The notes below the pieces were generated by a model. That model did not search any database, was not told the origin of the DNA, and saw nothing but the letters and a program-made list of their open reading frames with translations. Below are positions 28,771 through 44,295 of a stretch of DNA of 64,000 nt, piece after piece; the first letter of the stretch is position 1, and the number at the start of each line of letters is the position of its first letter. Both the position numbers and the translations under genes were made by a program. The stretch comes from the human T2T-CHM13v2.0 reference genome, Homo sapiens, in assembly GCF_009914755.1 (NCBI RefSeq), contig NC_060929.1; one strand, written 5' to 3'.

Positions 28771-31010
28771 CCCCTCCCTCCCATCCACCCCTACCCTGTT
28801 CTAATTGGATGATAGCTGGAGTCTTTCAGGAGCCCTTGTGTTTTATAACCCAGTGGCCACAGTGACCCTAGGCGAGGCCCTGGTCCTTCAGGCTGCATGG
28901 TCAGTATATGTGCTGCAGGCCCGGGGTCCACAGAGGGCACTAAGTAGGGAGCAAGACATTGTTTGTTTTTTATTTCACTTGCTTCCCAAGCAGGAATTTC
29001 AATGCTGAAATCCTATCATCACTATAGAGAAGCTGAGTGTAAGTTCTGTTGGCAGCAAAAATTAGCAATCAGTGGCTACTCCCTACTCAGAGGGAGCAGA
29101 CAAGTTCAAAGTCAGCTGTGCAGAAAGAAGTCACGGATGGCTAGGGATGCTGGGCTTAGATGTGGCTGGCTCCAGTTCTGGTCGTGGCTGTCCTCGTGAC
29201 CCATCCAGTATCATGCAAGGTAACCTTTAAATAGTTTGCATTTCCAGCTTTTCAACTGTGTGATCAGAATCAGTTATGCCTTCTCTCCAGAGGTGCTGCA
29301 AAACCAGTTACGTTAAGTCTGTGCTAATTTTCACACTGTTTGTAACTAGCCAGTGACTCAAGTACAGCCTGATAAGTGGGGGTTGCAAACACCCTGGAGC
29401 GAGGTGAGTGAGCAGGACCATTGTTGCGTATTTCCTGAAACATGCATATTTGACATGTAGCTTGGCAATGCAGCCAAAGACAGGAAAGCAAGACTGCTGG
29501 CTCATATCATACTGCCCAGCACACTCTGCTTCAGTGTCTTCAAAATGTTTAGCTAAAAGAAAATTTCTTCAAGGTGAAGCATAGATAGAAGCCCAACATG
29601 AAAAACTGGTAAATGTGGCGTCATTCACATCGACATGAGGAGCAGATCTTGAGGGCGGCCCAGGGCCCCTGCAAGCCGCCCCAAGCAACTTCGTGAAAAA
29701 CCTAGAAGCTCCCAGGGGAGCTCAGCTTGGCAACCACTGTTCCAATCCATCCTCATGGCTGTTACAGTCAGTTGGTCCCATGGACTACAGAGTGTTTTAA
29801 TGAAAACTGGACCTTTCACATGAAAAAAACAGAGGCCCAGAATTATCGTCTCACTGGGCAAATGTCAGACTAGTACCAGAGCATGAATTGTGGAGCAGAC
29901 GGGAATGACGAAGGTCCTATAAATTGGGCCCCTTTTTGACATCACTGCATCACCTGACCTCAGCCCTGTGCTATTTATATCAAACCACATGGCCTCTTCC
30001 AGCTTCCCGCACAATTTCTTGCTTTCCTCCCGCATTCCAGATTTGCCCCTTTGGAGTTAACCCCTTCAGGCCTCTCCTTGCTGCTTCTTTCATAACCAGC
30101 TTCATACAGTCATTTGCCTAAAAAATCTGTTACTGCTAAAGTTACCTCCCTGTCAACGTTCCATAATTACAGGGCAATAGAAAATAAACACTACTATATC
30201 CCAAAGGCAACCTCATTCAATGACCAAGAAAAGGCCAGAGAATTAAAGAAAAAAATCTAGAAAACAACACAATTTATAAAATGCCTGGGTTGTATCCATG
30301 AAGAGCTTTTAATATATGCAGATTCAACAGTGGGGCTTGAATCATTTCTGAGGTGCATTCTGACACCTGGCCACAGGTCCTGTTGCTGTCCATACCCTGC
30401 TGGTCAGAACCACCAAGCCCTCTGCTCGTTACATCCCCTTGCCTCCCCTCCGCTGCCACCCAGTTCTAGCTGCATGGATAGTTTGAATTTGGCTCCTGTG
30501 TGGCAGCAGAGGGACACTGCAGGTGTGGAAAAGAGATATTCAAGGAGAACTCCAGCTGAGGATGTTGGCTGGATGCAGCCAGAAGAATAGCAAAGGCTGA
30601 AATAAACAAAGACCAGCAACAGAGAGCAGGCACAGGCTGTTTACTCATTACTTATAGCATGGGAGGCAGTAGCAGTCAGTGGTGTTTGGCAGAGACTGAA
30701 GGGAGACAGAGGATCAGGGAAGCTTCACAGTGGCAAAGTGGGAGGCTGCAGGTGTGCCCTGAGTGGAGGCTGCTGGCTGGGGGAAGCTGCAGGTGGGGTT
30801 CACTAGAAGCCAGGAATCCCATGTGATTGGTTAGGGGAGCGAACGTGGCTTTCTCTGGCAGGTCCTGAGTCGGAAGTAGGGGAAAAAATTAGAGTTGTCA
30901 GTGATGAATCAAGTCCTGGCCACTTGGGGCTGGTTGCTACAGGTGCTATTGTTTGGCTCATTTGGTGGCTAGAGGCAGCAATCTGACTTCGTGGGCTGGC
31001 TGCTGTAGAT

Positions 31011-31369
31011 CAGTGGTCCCCAACCTTTCTGGCACCAGGGATCAGTTTTGTGAAAGACAATTTTTCCACAAGACCTGGGCAAGAGTGGGGGGATGGGGTG
31101 GGAGGGGATGGTTTCAGGATGAAACTGTTTCACTTCAGATAATCAGGCATCAGATTCTCGTAAGGAGAGTACAACCTAAATCCGTTGCATGTGCAGTTCA
31201 CAATAGGGTTCATGCTCCTATGAGAATCTAATACCACCGCTGATCTGACAGGAGGCGGAGCCCAGGCAGTAATGCTCACTCACCCACCACTCACCTCCTG
31301 CTGTACAGCCCAGGTCCTAACAGTCCACAGGCTGCTGTGGGTCTGCGGCCCAGGGGTTGGGGATCCCTG
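31011..31369 (+). mobile_element. MER1B hAT-Charlie element
   Basis: TIRs cagtggtccccaacc / ggttggggatccctg; perfect 8-bp TSD ctgtagat. Confidence 0.95.
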
Positions 31370-31400
31370 CTGTAGATAATGAGTTGGTTTCCTGGGCAGG

Positions 31401-31754
31401 TGATATGGTTTGGCTGTGTCCCCACCCAAATTTCATTTTGAATTCCCACGTGTTGTGTTGTGGGAGGGACCCATTGGGAGGTAATTGAATCATGGGGGCA
31501 GGTCTTTCCCATCCTGTTCTTGTGATAGTAAGTCTCACAAGATCTGATGTTTTTCAAAAGAAGAGTTTCCCTTCACAAGTTCTCTTTGCCTGCCACCATC
31601 CACTTAAGACGTGACTTGATTCTCCTTGCCTTCCACCGTGATTGTGAGGCCTCCTCAGCCATGTGGAATTGTAAGTCCAATTAAACCTCTTTCTTTTGTA
31701 AATTGCCCAGTCTCAGGTATGTTATTATCAGCAGTATGAATACAGACTAATACA
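31401..31754 (+). mobile_element. THE1B-like MaLR solo LTR
   Basis: tgatatggtttggctgtgtccccacccaaat...cagactaataca; perfect 5-bp TSD gcagg. Confidence 0.96.
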
Positions 31755-31918
31755 GCAGGTCTTTACAGATTGCGGGCTAGAGTTCTGTTTTCACATCTGG
31801 TGTGGCCTTATCCATTCATATATTCTGTCTCTCCAGCAGTAAACCAAGCAGTTTCAGCCTGTTCCAGCCACATCAGCCTGCAGTGGAGCAGTGATGGCAG
31901 GTGGGGGTTGGGGGGAGG

Positions 31919-32367
31919 GTAGTGAATTGAATGGTAGTCCCCCAAAAAGATACATTCATGTCCTAATCCTCAGAACCGGTGAATGTGATCTTATTTGGAA
32001 GAAGGGTCATTATGATGTAATTAAGTTAAGGATCTCCGGATGCAGTTATCCTGATTCATCTGGATGGGCCCTTAATCCAACAACAGTGTCCTTAAAGGAG
32101 ACAGAAGAGGAGACCAAGAGAGGAGGAGAAGGCTACATGAAGACGAAGGCAGAGATTGGAATAAGGCAGCTATGAGCCAAGGAACACCTGGAGCCACCAG
32201 AAGCTGGAGGAGGCAAGGAAGGATTCTTCCTAGACCCTTCAGCAGGCCTGGCCCTGCTGATGCCTTGATTTTTGACTTCCAGGCTCCAGAACTGTGAGGG
32301 CAACAAACGTCTGCTATGATCTACCAAGTGTGTGCTATTTGTTATGCAGCCCTAGGAGGCTAATACA
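31919..32367 (+). mobile_element. MLT1C-like MaLR LTR
   Basis: ttgaatggtagtcccccaaaaagat...gaaggcagagattgga...ctaataca. Confidence 0.9.
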
Positions 32368-33825
32368 GCAGCTCCTCCACACATGCACATTATAGCTTTG
32401 TTCCTCCAGTCTTGCCCTGCCTAAGGGGGAAGACTGCGGAAAGAGGATATTTCCTAGACTTGGTTCAAATAACCAAGATATTCAGAAGAAAATTGAAAAA
32501 TTCAAACACTCAGATATTTTAGAGTGACTTTATGTTTTATACCATGAAAACAGACATCCAGATTTATTTTTATTTTCTCCTAGATATTTGCCCTTTTGGA
32601 GATCTAGACTTCCTTTGGTATGTGGTCAACAGTCCCTTGAAGGTGTATCTGTGGCTATTTACCTAAATACACACATCAGATAGTGTCATTCATATGTTGG
32701 TAATTAATAATAAATATAGTAGAACTTGTTTATAGAACCAGGGTAATAGGCATGATGGGCAATACATATTACCTGAGGAACTGTAACCTATTTAGCATAC
32801 TTAGGATTTGTCCAGTTATCCGCTTAATACACTCCCCCACACTCTGGAGTTTCTCTTTCCCCTCTTATCTCCTGCCCTCTTTTATGCCTACATTCTGGTC
32901 ACTTCTGAATTAACCATAATATTTTAGAAGCAAAAAAACGTGTCTATAGCCAAATAAGTACTGCATTGCTTTCCAAATTGAAACCCCAAATTGTTAAAAC
33001 TCTGGACTTATTACCACTTTTCCCCATGCAATATCCATGTCATATTAATTGTTTAGACCCTGATTGACTCTAATAGACTCAAAGAATAATAATAATTTAT
33101 TATTTGAAAATAAATTTCAAATAATAGAGTGTGGACATGTAATTAATATGCACAACAAATGCTCTTGGAAATTCACGCAGAATATTCCCAACTGCAGTAC
33201 CAGCTATCATTGCAGCGTGCCCACAGAGGGTCAGCAGCATCCCAAAACACATGCCCAGTCACAAATGGGCAAAATCACATCCACATGTGTAAACACATTG
33301 GAGAATAAGTTGGTATATTCAAGTGCAACTGATGCATGGGTTCAACTTCTTTGACCCCAGCTTTGTTTCAAGATGTCAGTTTCTGCCGCTCAGCAGGAAT
33401 TCCCCAGAAAAGAACCTGCCGATTGGCATCTACAAAGCAGGCCCCCTCTCTGCACTATTTTAGATCTTTCTTTTCTCATCTTTGCAGATAGAGAACAGCA
33501 GGAAGAATAAATGATTGGATTCAAATATGAAGGAATGTTCTCTTTTAGCAGACCTAATTTCATTATGTTTCACAGAGATGGACTGATGAAGTCAACACAT
33601 TTACACCGAAAATCTCTACGTCTCAAATGCAAATGTCAACGTATGTCACAAACCTTTATAATTTGCATTCCTTAGAACTACACTTCTAGAAATCAATCCT
33701 AGGGAAATACCAGAAAAGTGCAAAAAGACATATATCAAGGGTATTAATCACAGTAGTGTTTATACAGCAGGAAGAAAAAAAAATCTGGAAGCATTCTAAA
33801 GTGAGGCAGGATAGGTCATCAAGGA

Positions 33826-34370
33826 AGGTTCTTGGATGCAGCAACCATGGTGACCCAAGAGTCAACACAATCACATTGTAATTGAGCTCGATCAGGCAAA
33901 GCTATCTTCAGTACAGACTTTCTCCTCTAGAGAGCATGTGCGCTTTGATTTTACCTGTCCTCAAATTGACCTTTTGCTCATTATAATAGTAAATTATAAA
34001 TCTCCCTGGGTGGAGATTTAAGGTGCTAATGAGACATGCGATGTATGAACAAGAATTGCAGCTACTGAGCATGTGCACCCACAGGACCACCCAGAACATG
34101 TTTATAGCAACACCTCTTCCCACCTACTTATGAATAATTGTGTAAGACCCCCCTAAAGGGAGTCTCCCTAGAGCAAGTCTTTGCTGTCTCGTCCTTATGA
34201 GCAGCCTGCCCTGATTCTCTTACGGTGTACTGTCTATTCTGCACCTAACTTTCAAAATACTCTTTTTCTTTTGCAATAAATTACTGTATGCTACATCTCC
34301 TTTGCTGTGCATCTCTTAAATTCTTTTAAACTAAGAAGACAAGAACCAAGGTATCACAACAGTGCTCAAC
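33826..34370 (+). mobile_element. ERV solo LTR (LTR47-like) within degraded L1M
   Basis: gggtggagatttaaggtgctaatgagacatgc...gcatgtgcaccc...AATAAA; caagga on both flanks; family uncertain. Confidence 0.6.
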
Positions 34371-34497
34371 CAAGGAAATCAGTAGATAAATTATGGGATA
34401 GCTCCATAGTGGAAAACGATTAGAGTCATTAACATGAGGCTAAAAGAATGTATTTATGGGCCTGGAAAATGTTTATTACTTATTTTAAGTAGGAATT

Positions 34498-35000
34498 TGT
34501 TTCAGTTTCCTATGGCTGCTATAATAAATTACCACAAATTTAGTGGATTTTAAAAACCCACAAATGTATTATTTTGCAGTTCTGGAGGTCAAAATTTAAA
34601 CGAGTCTCTCTCGGCTAAAATCAAGATGTCAGCAGGATGGTATTCCTTCTGGAGGCTCTCAGGGATAATACTTTCTCCTTGCCTTCTCAGCTTCTGGAGG
34701 CTGCCTGCAGGCCTTGACCCATGGTTGCTTTCTCCGTCTTCAAAGCCAGGAGAGCAGCATCTTCCACTCTGTCTCTGACTCTGCCCTCTGCTTCCACTGG
34801 CACATCTGCTTCTTGACTCTGACCTTTCTGTCTACCGCTTATAAGGACCCTGTGATTACACGGGGGCCACATAGATAATCTAGGCTACCCTCCCCATCTC
34901 AAGCCCCTTAATCACATCTGCAAAGTTGCTTTAGTCATTTAAGGTAACATAGTCACAAATTCCAGGGATTAACATATGGACATCTTTGGAGGTCTATGAT
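34498..35000 (-). mobile_element. MLT1D-like MaLR LTR
   Basis: tttcctatggctgctataataaattaccacaaatttagtgg...taatcacatctgcaaag. Confidence 0.88.
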
Positions 35001-35380
35001 CCTGAGTGCCACAAAAGTTCAAATTGCAGAATAATATACCTAGGTATGGTTCTATTTTTCTATGTTTTGACAAAAATTATATAAATATTGGCCAACAGAC
35101 ACTCCTATCACTCAGGACATGCCAAGGTTTTGAAGACCTGTGCCAGGAAGTGAGGACGAAGACTGGATATATTCCTTGTTCTACTACATTCAGCTTTTAA
35201 AATTCGCAAACCAGGAGGAGACCTGCCCTGCTTTTCTCAGCTCTTTGCTCTTAGCAGCCCTTTCCTTCAGTAATGATTGCAAAATGCACAGATGTACCAA
35301 AAGGGAGGAGGGGATAATGGAGGAGGAGAGACATATTTGGCTAATATTTACTCACATTATCTTCCACTCATGCGTGCATG

Positions 35381-35405
35381 CATATATATATATATATATA
35401 TATAT
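35381..35405. repeat. (TA)n microsatellite
   Basis: About 12 TA units. Confidence 0.9.
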
Positions 35406-35479
35406 GCCATAAACCTTGAAGCTCATATGAGACCTCTCCCTGGCACAGTGACTCCATGCTCATATTTTCACTTATTTTT

Positions 35480-36340
35480 CTATTCAACAAATAAGTAGTG
35501 AGTCCCTACAATATAGTGAACTCCAGGAAAAGCTCTGGAATACAGAAGGCACAGGGCTTGCCCCACTGGGAGCTTACAATTTAGCAGGTGAGAGGGACAC
35601 CAAACAGCTAGGGAAACAGATAATTACTTTATCACAATGGTGCTGTGAGGGAAAAGTACTGGGTGGTGTGAGCACATGCTGGGAGAGTAACACTTGACAA
35701 CAGGATCAGAAAAGGCAGTCCCAGGCAGCTCCAGTCACTGTTGAGGACTGAAGCAAGCGTAGGTGTCAGCAAGATAAAGCTGGGAAGGTAGAGTGGAAAG
35801 AAGAGGGTCCCAGCATTAGAAACATGCATGCGAGCTCTGGATTGGGAAGCCTTTCTTCAAGGAACCAAATAAGGCATAGCATGGAGCACAGAGGATGAGA
35901 GAGAAGGAGGATGCAGCTGCAGGGGTAACCTGGGGCCAGGAATCGGGGTCCAGTGGGTGAAAGTAAAGGTATTGGGCTTATGTAAAAAGCAATGGTGAGC
36001 CACTGAGGGGTTTAAGCAGAGGGTCAACATGATGAAATGTATGTTTTAAAAACCTGACTGCACTGCAGTGTCAACAATAAACAGGAGGGAGCTAAGGAAA
36101 TTTGGGGAGGAAACATCGATTGCTATTTCCACGATATGATTCTGGATCTGACCCAGATGATGGTATGGGGGCGGAGAGAAGTGGACAGGTATTTAGGAAG
36201 ATGAACTCTGCCTCAGGGACGATGCCCAAGTGTCCAGCTTGAGCAACCTGATGTTGCTTTGAACCAATAAGGAGTGGTGAAGGATCTAATTAGAGGACAA
36301 GGGAAGGGAAGTATGAGGGTACGGCATGAGTTTAGTTTCA
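35480..36340 (-). mobile_element. L2
   Basis: tattcaacaaataag...ggagcttacaatttag...gagccactgaggggtttaagcag. Confidence 0.8.
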
Positions 36341-38242
36341 CTTATGTAGTCCCAATTTTGTCTCCTGTCTTTATAAACTCTCAACATCTCTCAGAAAATC
36401 TGCTATTTTGGTACCAAACCACATTTCCAGGCTTCTTTCAGTATAAAAGTATTCCCAAGGTTCTTTTTTCTTTTTTAATCAGACCAAGAGCCTTTGGGTA
36501 CAAAAATACAGCCATAAAATCTGTGAGATATCCCCTTAGGCTTAAGAAGTGACGTTAATTAACCAAGCTTCTACAGCTTATATCTATTGTAAATTTTAGC
36601 ACAATGATTATAATAAACACAAGTAAGCTTGTTTTCTTTTAGGCAAAAAAACATTTGGAAACCTCAACCTGGAAACGTAATTCTATTCTGGCAAAGACCA
36701 GATCCCTCTGAAATGATTACTACCATTACTACCCGACTCTCTTTTCTGTACTCAACCTTGATTAAATAATGGGAAACACATGGATAAAATGAGTCCCCTG
36801 CAAATGTCAGGACAAAAGAACTTTTACCCCTAGGTTCCTCCAGCAATATGGCAGGTTTCCCTACTACACAGTGATTAATTCAGAGATATGGAGTTAATCT
36901 ACAACAAAGTTCCAACAGACACATTTTAATATTGTTTATTGTAACCAGAAATGGATGGCACATACTGCAACGGTTACTAACCAATTTTCATAATCAAAAA
37001 GAATTATGCTATATTGGCCAAAATATTAGTCATGGGATTAGAACCCATCCTCCCTTGAATAGCCTAATCCTCTTTAAAATAGCTCAGAGTAATCAGGTTA
37101 GCTTCACAGTAAATTTTAGTAAACCCATCACTTTTATGAAATAATTTCAGAAAAGGAAAGATCAAAGTTTTTTAAATCCTTGATGCTGATGAAACACTGG
37201 GCAAAATAAATGTCTTACAAAGCACTTATATAATTGATTTAAGCTAACTATCCTAATAGAGATACATTTGCCATTACAAATGGATTTGTATTATAAAGTG
37301 GAAACTAGCACTAGCACTGTGGAAACAAGTTCTCAGTGCTGGTTTTCTGAAAAATGGGACAGTAACAAGAAAAGGCATAGGGAAATGTCTCACCAAGCAC
37401 CCTGCCTTCCAGCCATTTTTAAATGAAAGCCCTTTCTGGCAATGCTATTTTGTGTAAATGATGACCAGATAGGGTGGCTGATTGCTTTGTGACCTCTGTT
37501 TAACACAGCACCCTCTCCTAGTCAACACTATGTTGGCACGCAAAAACAGCCCGAGCTTTTCAAAGCATCCAGTTTGCTCTGGGGGAGCAGTCACCTTAAG
37601 ACTTCTAAGAATTTTATGCATGCGATATTACTTGGCCACAACCCTATCTTCCTAGACTGCAAAAGTGCTTGAGAAAACAAGAATGGGATCACAAGTGTGC
37701 TCCTGTAAGTTTCCACAGAGATTCAGTTCCTAATTGGATCTTTTCATGTCATCTTGGATTCTTATTTTATACTAATTTATCCACTGTCAATCCAGACCTA
37801 TCAAAAAAATCACAATGATCACATCTATATATCTTTATTCAAGTTACTGATAAAAACATTAAAGGTTACAGACCCTAGAACAATGACCTTTGACCTATTC
37901 CAAGTCAGCATAGAATGGCCTCATCACCCAACTTGTTGTTCTTCCCAATAAGTGTCCTTGCATCCAACCCTAAGTTTTCTAAAGGCTTATCCAAAACTGA
38001 ATATACACAAAATCAACAATGTGGGTCTCATGAATGCATGTCCTCAAACAGGTTCTGAGATTCAAAACCTTCCATTGACTAATGAAGAAAATTTCCCCTG
38101 GTTCCACCCCACCTAAACATGGGTTCCCATTACTGTCTCTTCTTTGCCATCTGCCCACAAGTCAGCCACCCTGTTGAAAGTGAAAAAGCTACTGCCAACA
38201 TAATTTCAATCAAAATGCTTTTATACTTTTGGAGAGTATTAG

Positions 38243-38551
38243 TGTGATGGTTAATTTTATGTGGAAACTTGACTGGGCCATGGTGCCTACATATTGTTCA
38301 AACGTTATTCTGGATATTTCTGGGAACATGGTTTTTCAATGAGATTTACACTTAAATTGAGACTTTGAGTAAAACAGAATGTTCTCCATAGTGTGGCTGT
38401 CTTATCCACATTATGGATGAGATTAGATGACATTGTGCCTCATCCAATCATTTGAAGGTCTGAACAGAACGAAAGACTGACTTCCCCCAAGCAAGAGTTG
38501 TACATGCATATCCTATGGGCTCTGTTCATCTGGACAAGCCTCACTAATACA
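38243..38551 (+). mobile_element. MLT2 LTR with internal deletion and fold-back insert
   Basis: tgtgatggttaattttatgtg...ctaataca. Confidence 0.88.
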
Positions 38552-40023
38552 AAAATATATAATACTTTTTATTACAAAAAGTGCAAGAATTTCCTAATAC
38601 ATTGCACAAAAACAATCTTGTACCCATATTTCTTCAATTAGTCATTTTATCATAATAGCCTCTTTATTCTCTTTAAGTGGTTCACACCCAGAGTTCTTTA
38701 GAACTCTTTCAGGATGCTTCCACCTTCTTGTTTGTCTTTGAAGTCTTAAGTAAAGGAAATATAAATATTTCACCACTGCAATTCCTGTTTTCTACTCTTC
38801 AGAAGATCTCCCCTGAATCATGGGTCAAAATACAGCCACTCTTTGGTATAGAAGTCATAAGAATATTAATAACTCATAGTGGACTTATCAGTCATGCTTA
38901 TTAATAAAAACATTACATTCAGGACACAAGAGCCCCTTTGAGGCAAATGAGAAAGGGAAGCCTAGCTGAGACTGACAGGAACTGGAGTGGCTAAGGGAAA
39001 GAGGACCCTGTGCACAAACACTTCTATGGAACATGAAGAAAGGCCTCATCGGTTCTAGGCACTGCCAGAGACATCCACTTTTTTGTGGCTATAATAATGA
39101 TATTTTCAATGACAAATGATTTCTCAGGAGAGGTCTTGGTCTAATGAGATGCTACCATAAAGTAATAAAACCACAAAAGACTGTAAAAAAACAGAATGAT
39201 AGATAAGCTATGGAACACTGCCAAGTTGTCTTTGCATTTCAATTACTTGTGGCAATAAGAGACAGACATAATATGGGTAATAAAAAGCCAACCATAATCC
39301 AAAAACTTAATTTTAGCAAATGGTTCAAAGTCTTCCCACAAGATCCTTTACTAAAGCAATTGACAAATGTTGCATTTGCAGGAGAGAGCTACAGAAGCCT
39401 GCCTGAGAAGACCACTTAAAAGCCAGAGTCTCCCAGAGGAGCAGTGCTGGGTGAAGTATCCAGAGGTCTCAAAGAGACTGGCTCCATCCGTCCTCAACAG
39501 ACAGATGTATAAATAAGAATGCTGGTTCTAAATCTCAACAAAAGAATTCTTGACTCAGCAGGACACTTACTTCTTCTGATCAGCACATTCTCTCCCTTTT
39601 GAAAACTCCAACATTGACAATTATAAACAAAAGGTTGTTTGATGAGCATGAAGTGAGGACAAGGGAAGCTTGTAGAATAATTTGAAGGATAGTGATACCA
39701 ACTCTTGGGGAAACAAACCTTTCAGAGAGACCAAAACCTGTGCCTACTGCTAGACATCCTCTCCATGAGCAGTGAAGTTCCTACACCAGAAATATTCTGC
39801 TCGCAAAAGTCTCGATCTCTGAGCCCCTTGTTTATAATCTGATCTCTTAACAACAAGGTCTTTTCTCAGATGAGGTGGTTTAGAATAGACTAAGTACAAC
39901 TTTAGACATGCTAATACACCATAATTTCCTGAAAGCCACTGACTCTCCTTCCTAATCACTGACAACATGACTATACTCTAAAACTCCCCTAATACCCATT
40001 TATAGATCAATGCATAGGGTGAG

Positions 40024-41154
40024 TGTTCTGGGCTGAATTGTGTCTCCCAAAATGCATATGTTGAAGTCCTCTCCCCTCAGTTCCTCAGTGTACGACTGTA
40101 TTTGAAGACAGGGTCTTTAACGAGGTGATTAAGTTAAAATGAGATCATTTTAAGTGAGGTCCTCATCCATTACAAATGGTGGCCTTATAAAAGGGAAATT
40201 CAGACACAGAGACAGGTACAAATAGAAGGAAGACCATGAGAAAGCACGGGGAGGAGATGGCCATGGACAAGCCACGGACAGAGGCCTAGAACAGAGTCTT
40301 CCTTCACAGCCTCAGAAGGAACCAACCCTGCTGACACCTCTGTTACTGGTGGAAGAGATCTGAGTTACCCTGAGTTACTGGTAGTGAATCTATAAGGATC
40401 CACAGCAACTTCAGTCCTTGCCTCCTCAGAAGAAAGAATTCATCTGAGGGGCATAAAGCAGAAAAAGAGACCGAGGCAAGTTTCAGAGCAGGAGTGCTAG
40501 TTTATTTAAAAGGCTTTAAAACAGGAAAGAAAGGAAAATTCGTTTGAAAGAGACCCAAGCGGGCACCTGAAGATCCAAGAGAGAAAAGAGAGCAAAAGAA
40601 GACTGCAAAAAGAGAGCCTTTCACCTTGATCCCAGGACTTTTTGGGCTCACCTCTTCCCATGATTCTTCCCTTTAGGGTGGGCTTTCCACATGCCCAGTG
40701 CTTGCACCCTTTGGCATTGAGCACAGCGCAGTGTGTTTAAGGAGTTATATGCATGCCCACGTGAGCCTTTCTTCCCTTTTCTGGTGGAGTTGCCCCCAGA
40801 AGATCATACTTCACCACTTTTGTCTCTTGACACGTATGCCCAGGAAGTTGCTTCTCCCTGGGGTTTGCATTCAATTGACATTTTGATGTTAATGGGTGTG
40901 GACCATTAGTAAGTGGCCTCTCCCTCGTGCTGCCAAACTGTCATTTTTAGAAAGGCAATGCAATAACCACCGAACCATCACCAGACATTCTAGTGGGTGG
41001 AGGAAGAGCCCTCTCCTGCCCTGCTCATGCCTAACTACCTGTAACTCCTCCATATCAGACTTCCAGCCTCCAGAACTGTGAGACAATGCATTTCTGTTGG
41101 TTAACTCACCCAATCTGTGTTACTTCGTTAGGACAACCCTAGAAAGCTAATACA
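40024..41154 (+). mobile_element. MLT1B-like MaLR LTR, split by MER50
   Basis: gggctgaattgtgtctcccaaaat...gaaggaaccaaccctgctgacacc / cagacttccagcctccagaactgtgag...ctaataca. Confidence 0.9.
40341..41046 (-). mobile_element. MER50-like ERV1 solo LTR
   Basis: Minus strand starts gttacaggtagttaggcatgagcagggcaggagaggg; 4-bp TSD cctc. Confidence 0.88.
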
Positions 41155-41615
41155 GTGGGTGGCTTCAGAACTTATGTGTGGATTTTTTCCTCTCAGAGTT
41201 TTTCATAATTTTAAGAGGTTTGCATTAGTTTGTTTGTCCCTACCTACCACCACCACCAAACAATAAAAGTTACTACCCACAGCATAGCTAACGAGCAGGG
41301 AGCTCCCTATTGCCAAAGATGGAGGGAGGGAAGCTCTCTCTGTTAAAGGAGGGAGCAGGGATGCTTGTAGACCCCAAATTACATAATTAGCTCAGAGTAA
41401 CTGGTAAAACATAGGTTGATAAAGAATCATGCGTATATATTCATTCACACTATTGAATATCCATGAAACCATTGTCTTCACTTGGACCCTCAATATTCAC
41501 CTACCCCTTTATTCCCAATCCCCTGCAATCTCTTCTTTTTCTCTTTTTTTAGTGATAAATGCTACATATTTATGGGAGAAGGCTAGAGTATTGTGGTGGT
41601 GATGGGTGATAACAC

Positions 41616-42897
<1,282 letters not shown>

Positions 42898-43190
42898 TTC
42901 AAGGGATGCTTTTTATGGCTCTTTAACTGCCAAATCCAGTGGATGATTTTTTGCTATCTTTCTGGACCTCTTCTACATGGGATCCCTTCCTCCCTGTTGA
43001 AATGCGCCATCTTTATTCATTCACATCACAATGAATCAAGTCTCTTCCATGATCTCTGCCAATGATATTATTCCTCCAGGTGCCCTGGTAAATATCACTG
43101 TCTCTTGAATTTGTGCTAGCCCACTTCTATCAATACATAAATGTATTTGCCACTTACACACTGATGGCCCTCATACCAACATCAAGAACC

Positions 43191-44295
43191 TGAAACCGAC
43201 TTTGCAAAAATTATAACCATGAGAAAAATTATGGCAGTGGGGGAGATCTGATCTAGCTAACCCTCATCTTGCCTTTAGCCTTCAAGATGCCCTTAATAAT
43301 TCCAAGGCTTAAACCAAACTAACCTGGGGGGACTTTTAGTTTATAGTTTAAATGATAATAGCCCTTCCCCAAAACTTAACCACCTGTGTAAAGTTAATGA
43401 GAGACCACTGGGCTAGGAGGATACAGGGGCCTGAATTCTGCCAAGGCATAGATATAAATGATTGCTAGCCATTATTCCAGAGGTCACAAGATAGGCAACT
43501 TCCCCAATTACTCTTGCATATAACGTCACTATTGTAGAACTTAAGGTTGGCCTTTTGAGATATCTTTTCAGGTTTTTTGCATGTCTGATGACCAATGGCT
43601 CCACCTAGACATGCCAATTGCTCCTTTGGCCCCACCCAGAAGCAACTCAGGGCACAGGAGGACCATTGGCCACACCCCTATGATTGTACCCCAACCAATC
43701 AGTAGCAAGCACCCATCATGTAGGCACTCCAACCCCTTCCTCAAAGGGGACCTTTTTAAAACCCTAGTCCACAAATTCTCAATGAGATTAAGTAACAACT
43801 CTGTCTCCCATTTGGCATGGTTGGCCTCGCATCAATGAAACTCTTTCTTTACCACAATGTCATGGTCTCATGTGTTATTAGTCCATTTTCACACCACTGT
43901 AAAGAACTGCCTGAGACTGGGTCATTTATAAAGGAAAGAGGTTTAATTGACTCACAGTTGTGCATGGCTGTGGAGACCTCACAAAACTTACAATTATGGT
44001 GGAAGGCACAGGGGAAGTAGGCACCTTCTTTATAAGGTGTCAGGAGAGAGAAGAGAGTGAGCAAGAGCAGGGAAAACTGGCTTATAAAATCATCAGCTTT
44101 CATGAGAACTCACTCACTATCACAAGAACAGCATGAGGGACGATGCCCCCATAATCCAATTACCTCCTTTCCTCCCTCAACACATGGGGATTACAATTCG
44201 AGATGAGATTTGGGTGGAGGCAGAGAACTAAATCATATCACTGTGAATTGATCTTGTTTGTGCAGTAGGCAGGAAGAACACAATGGGTGGTTACA
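43191..44295 (+). mobile_element. LTR8/LTR8A-like ERV1 solo LTR, split by a MaLR
   Basis: tgaaaccgactttgcaaaaattataac...ggttaca; 4-bp TSD aacc. Confidence 0.9.
43873..44240 (-). mobile_element. THE1D/MSTA-like MaLR LTR
   Basis: tattagtccattttcacac...cctgagactggg...gagatttgggtgg...catatca. Confidence 0.9.

Larger units (their letters stand above)
30518..31833 (-). mobile_element. ERV1 solo LTR (MER67-like) hosting MER1B and THE1B
   Basis: Shares gaatcaagtc, agataa-gagttggttt and gttctgtttt blocks with 1918-2592; left boundary approximate. Confidence 0.6.
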
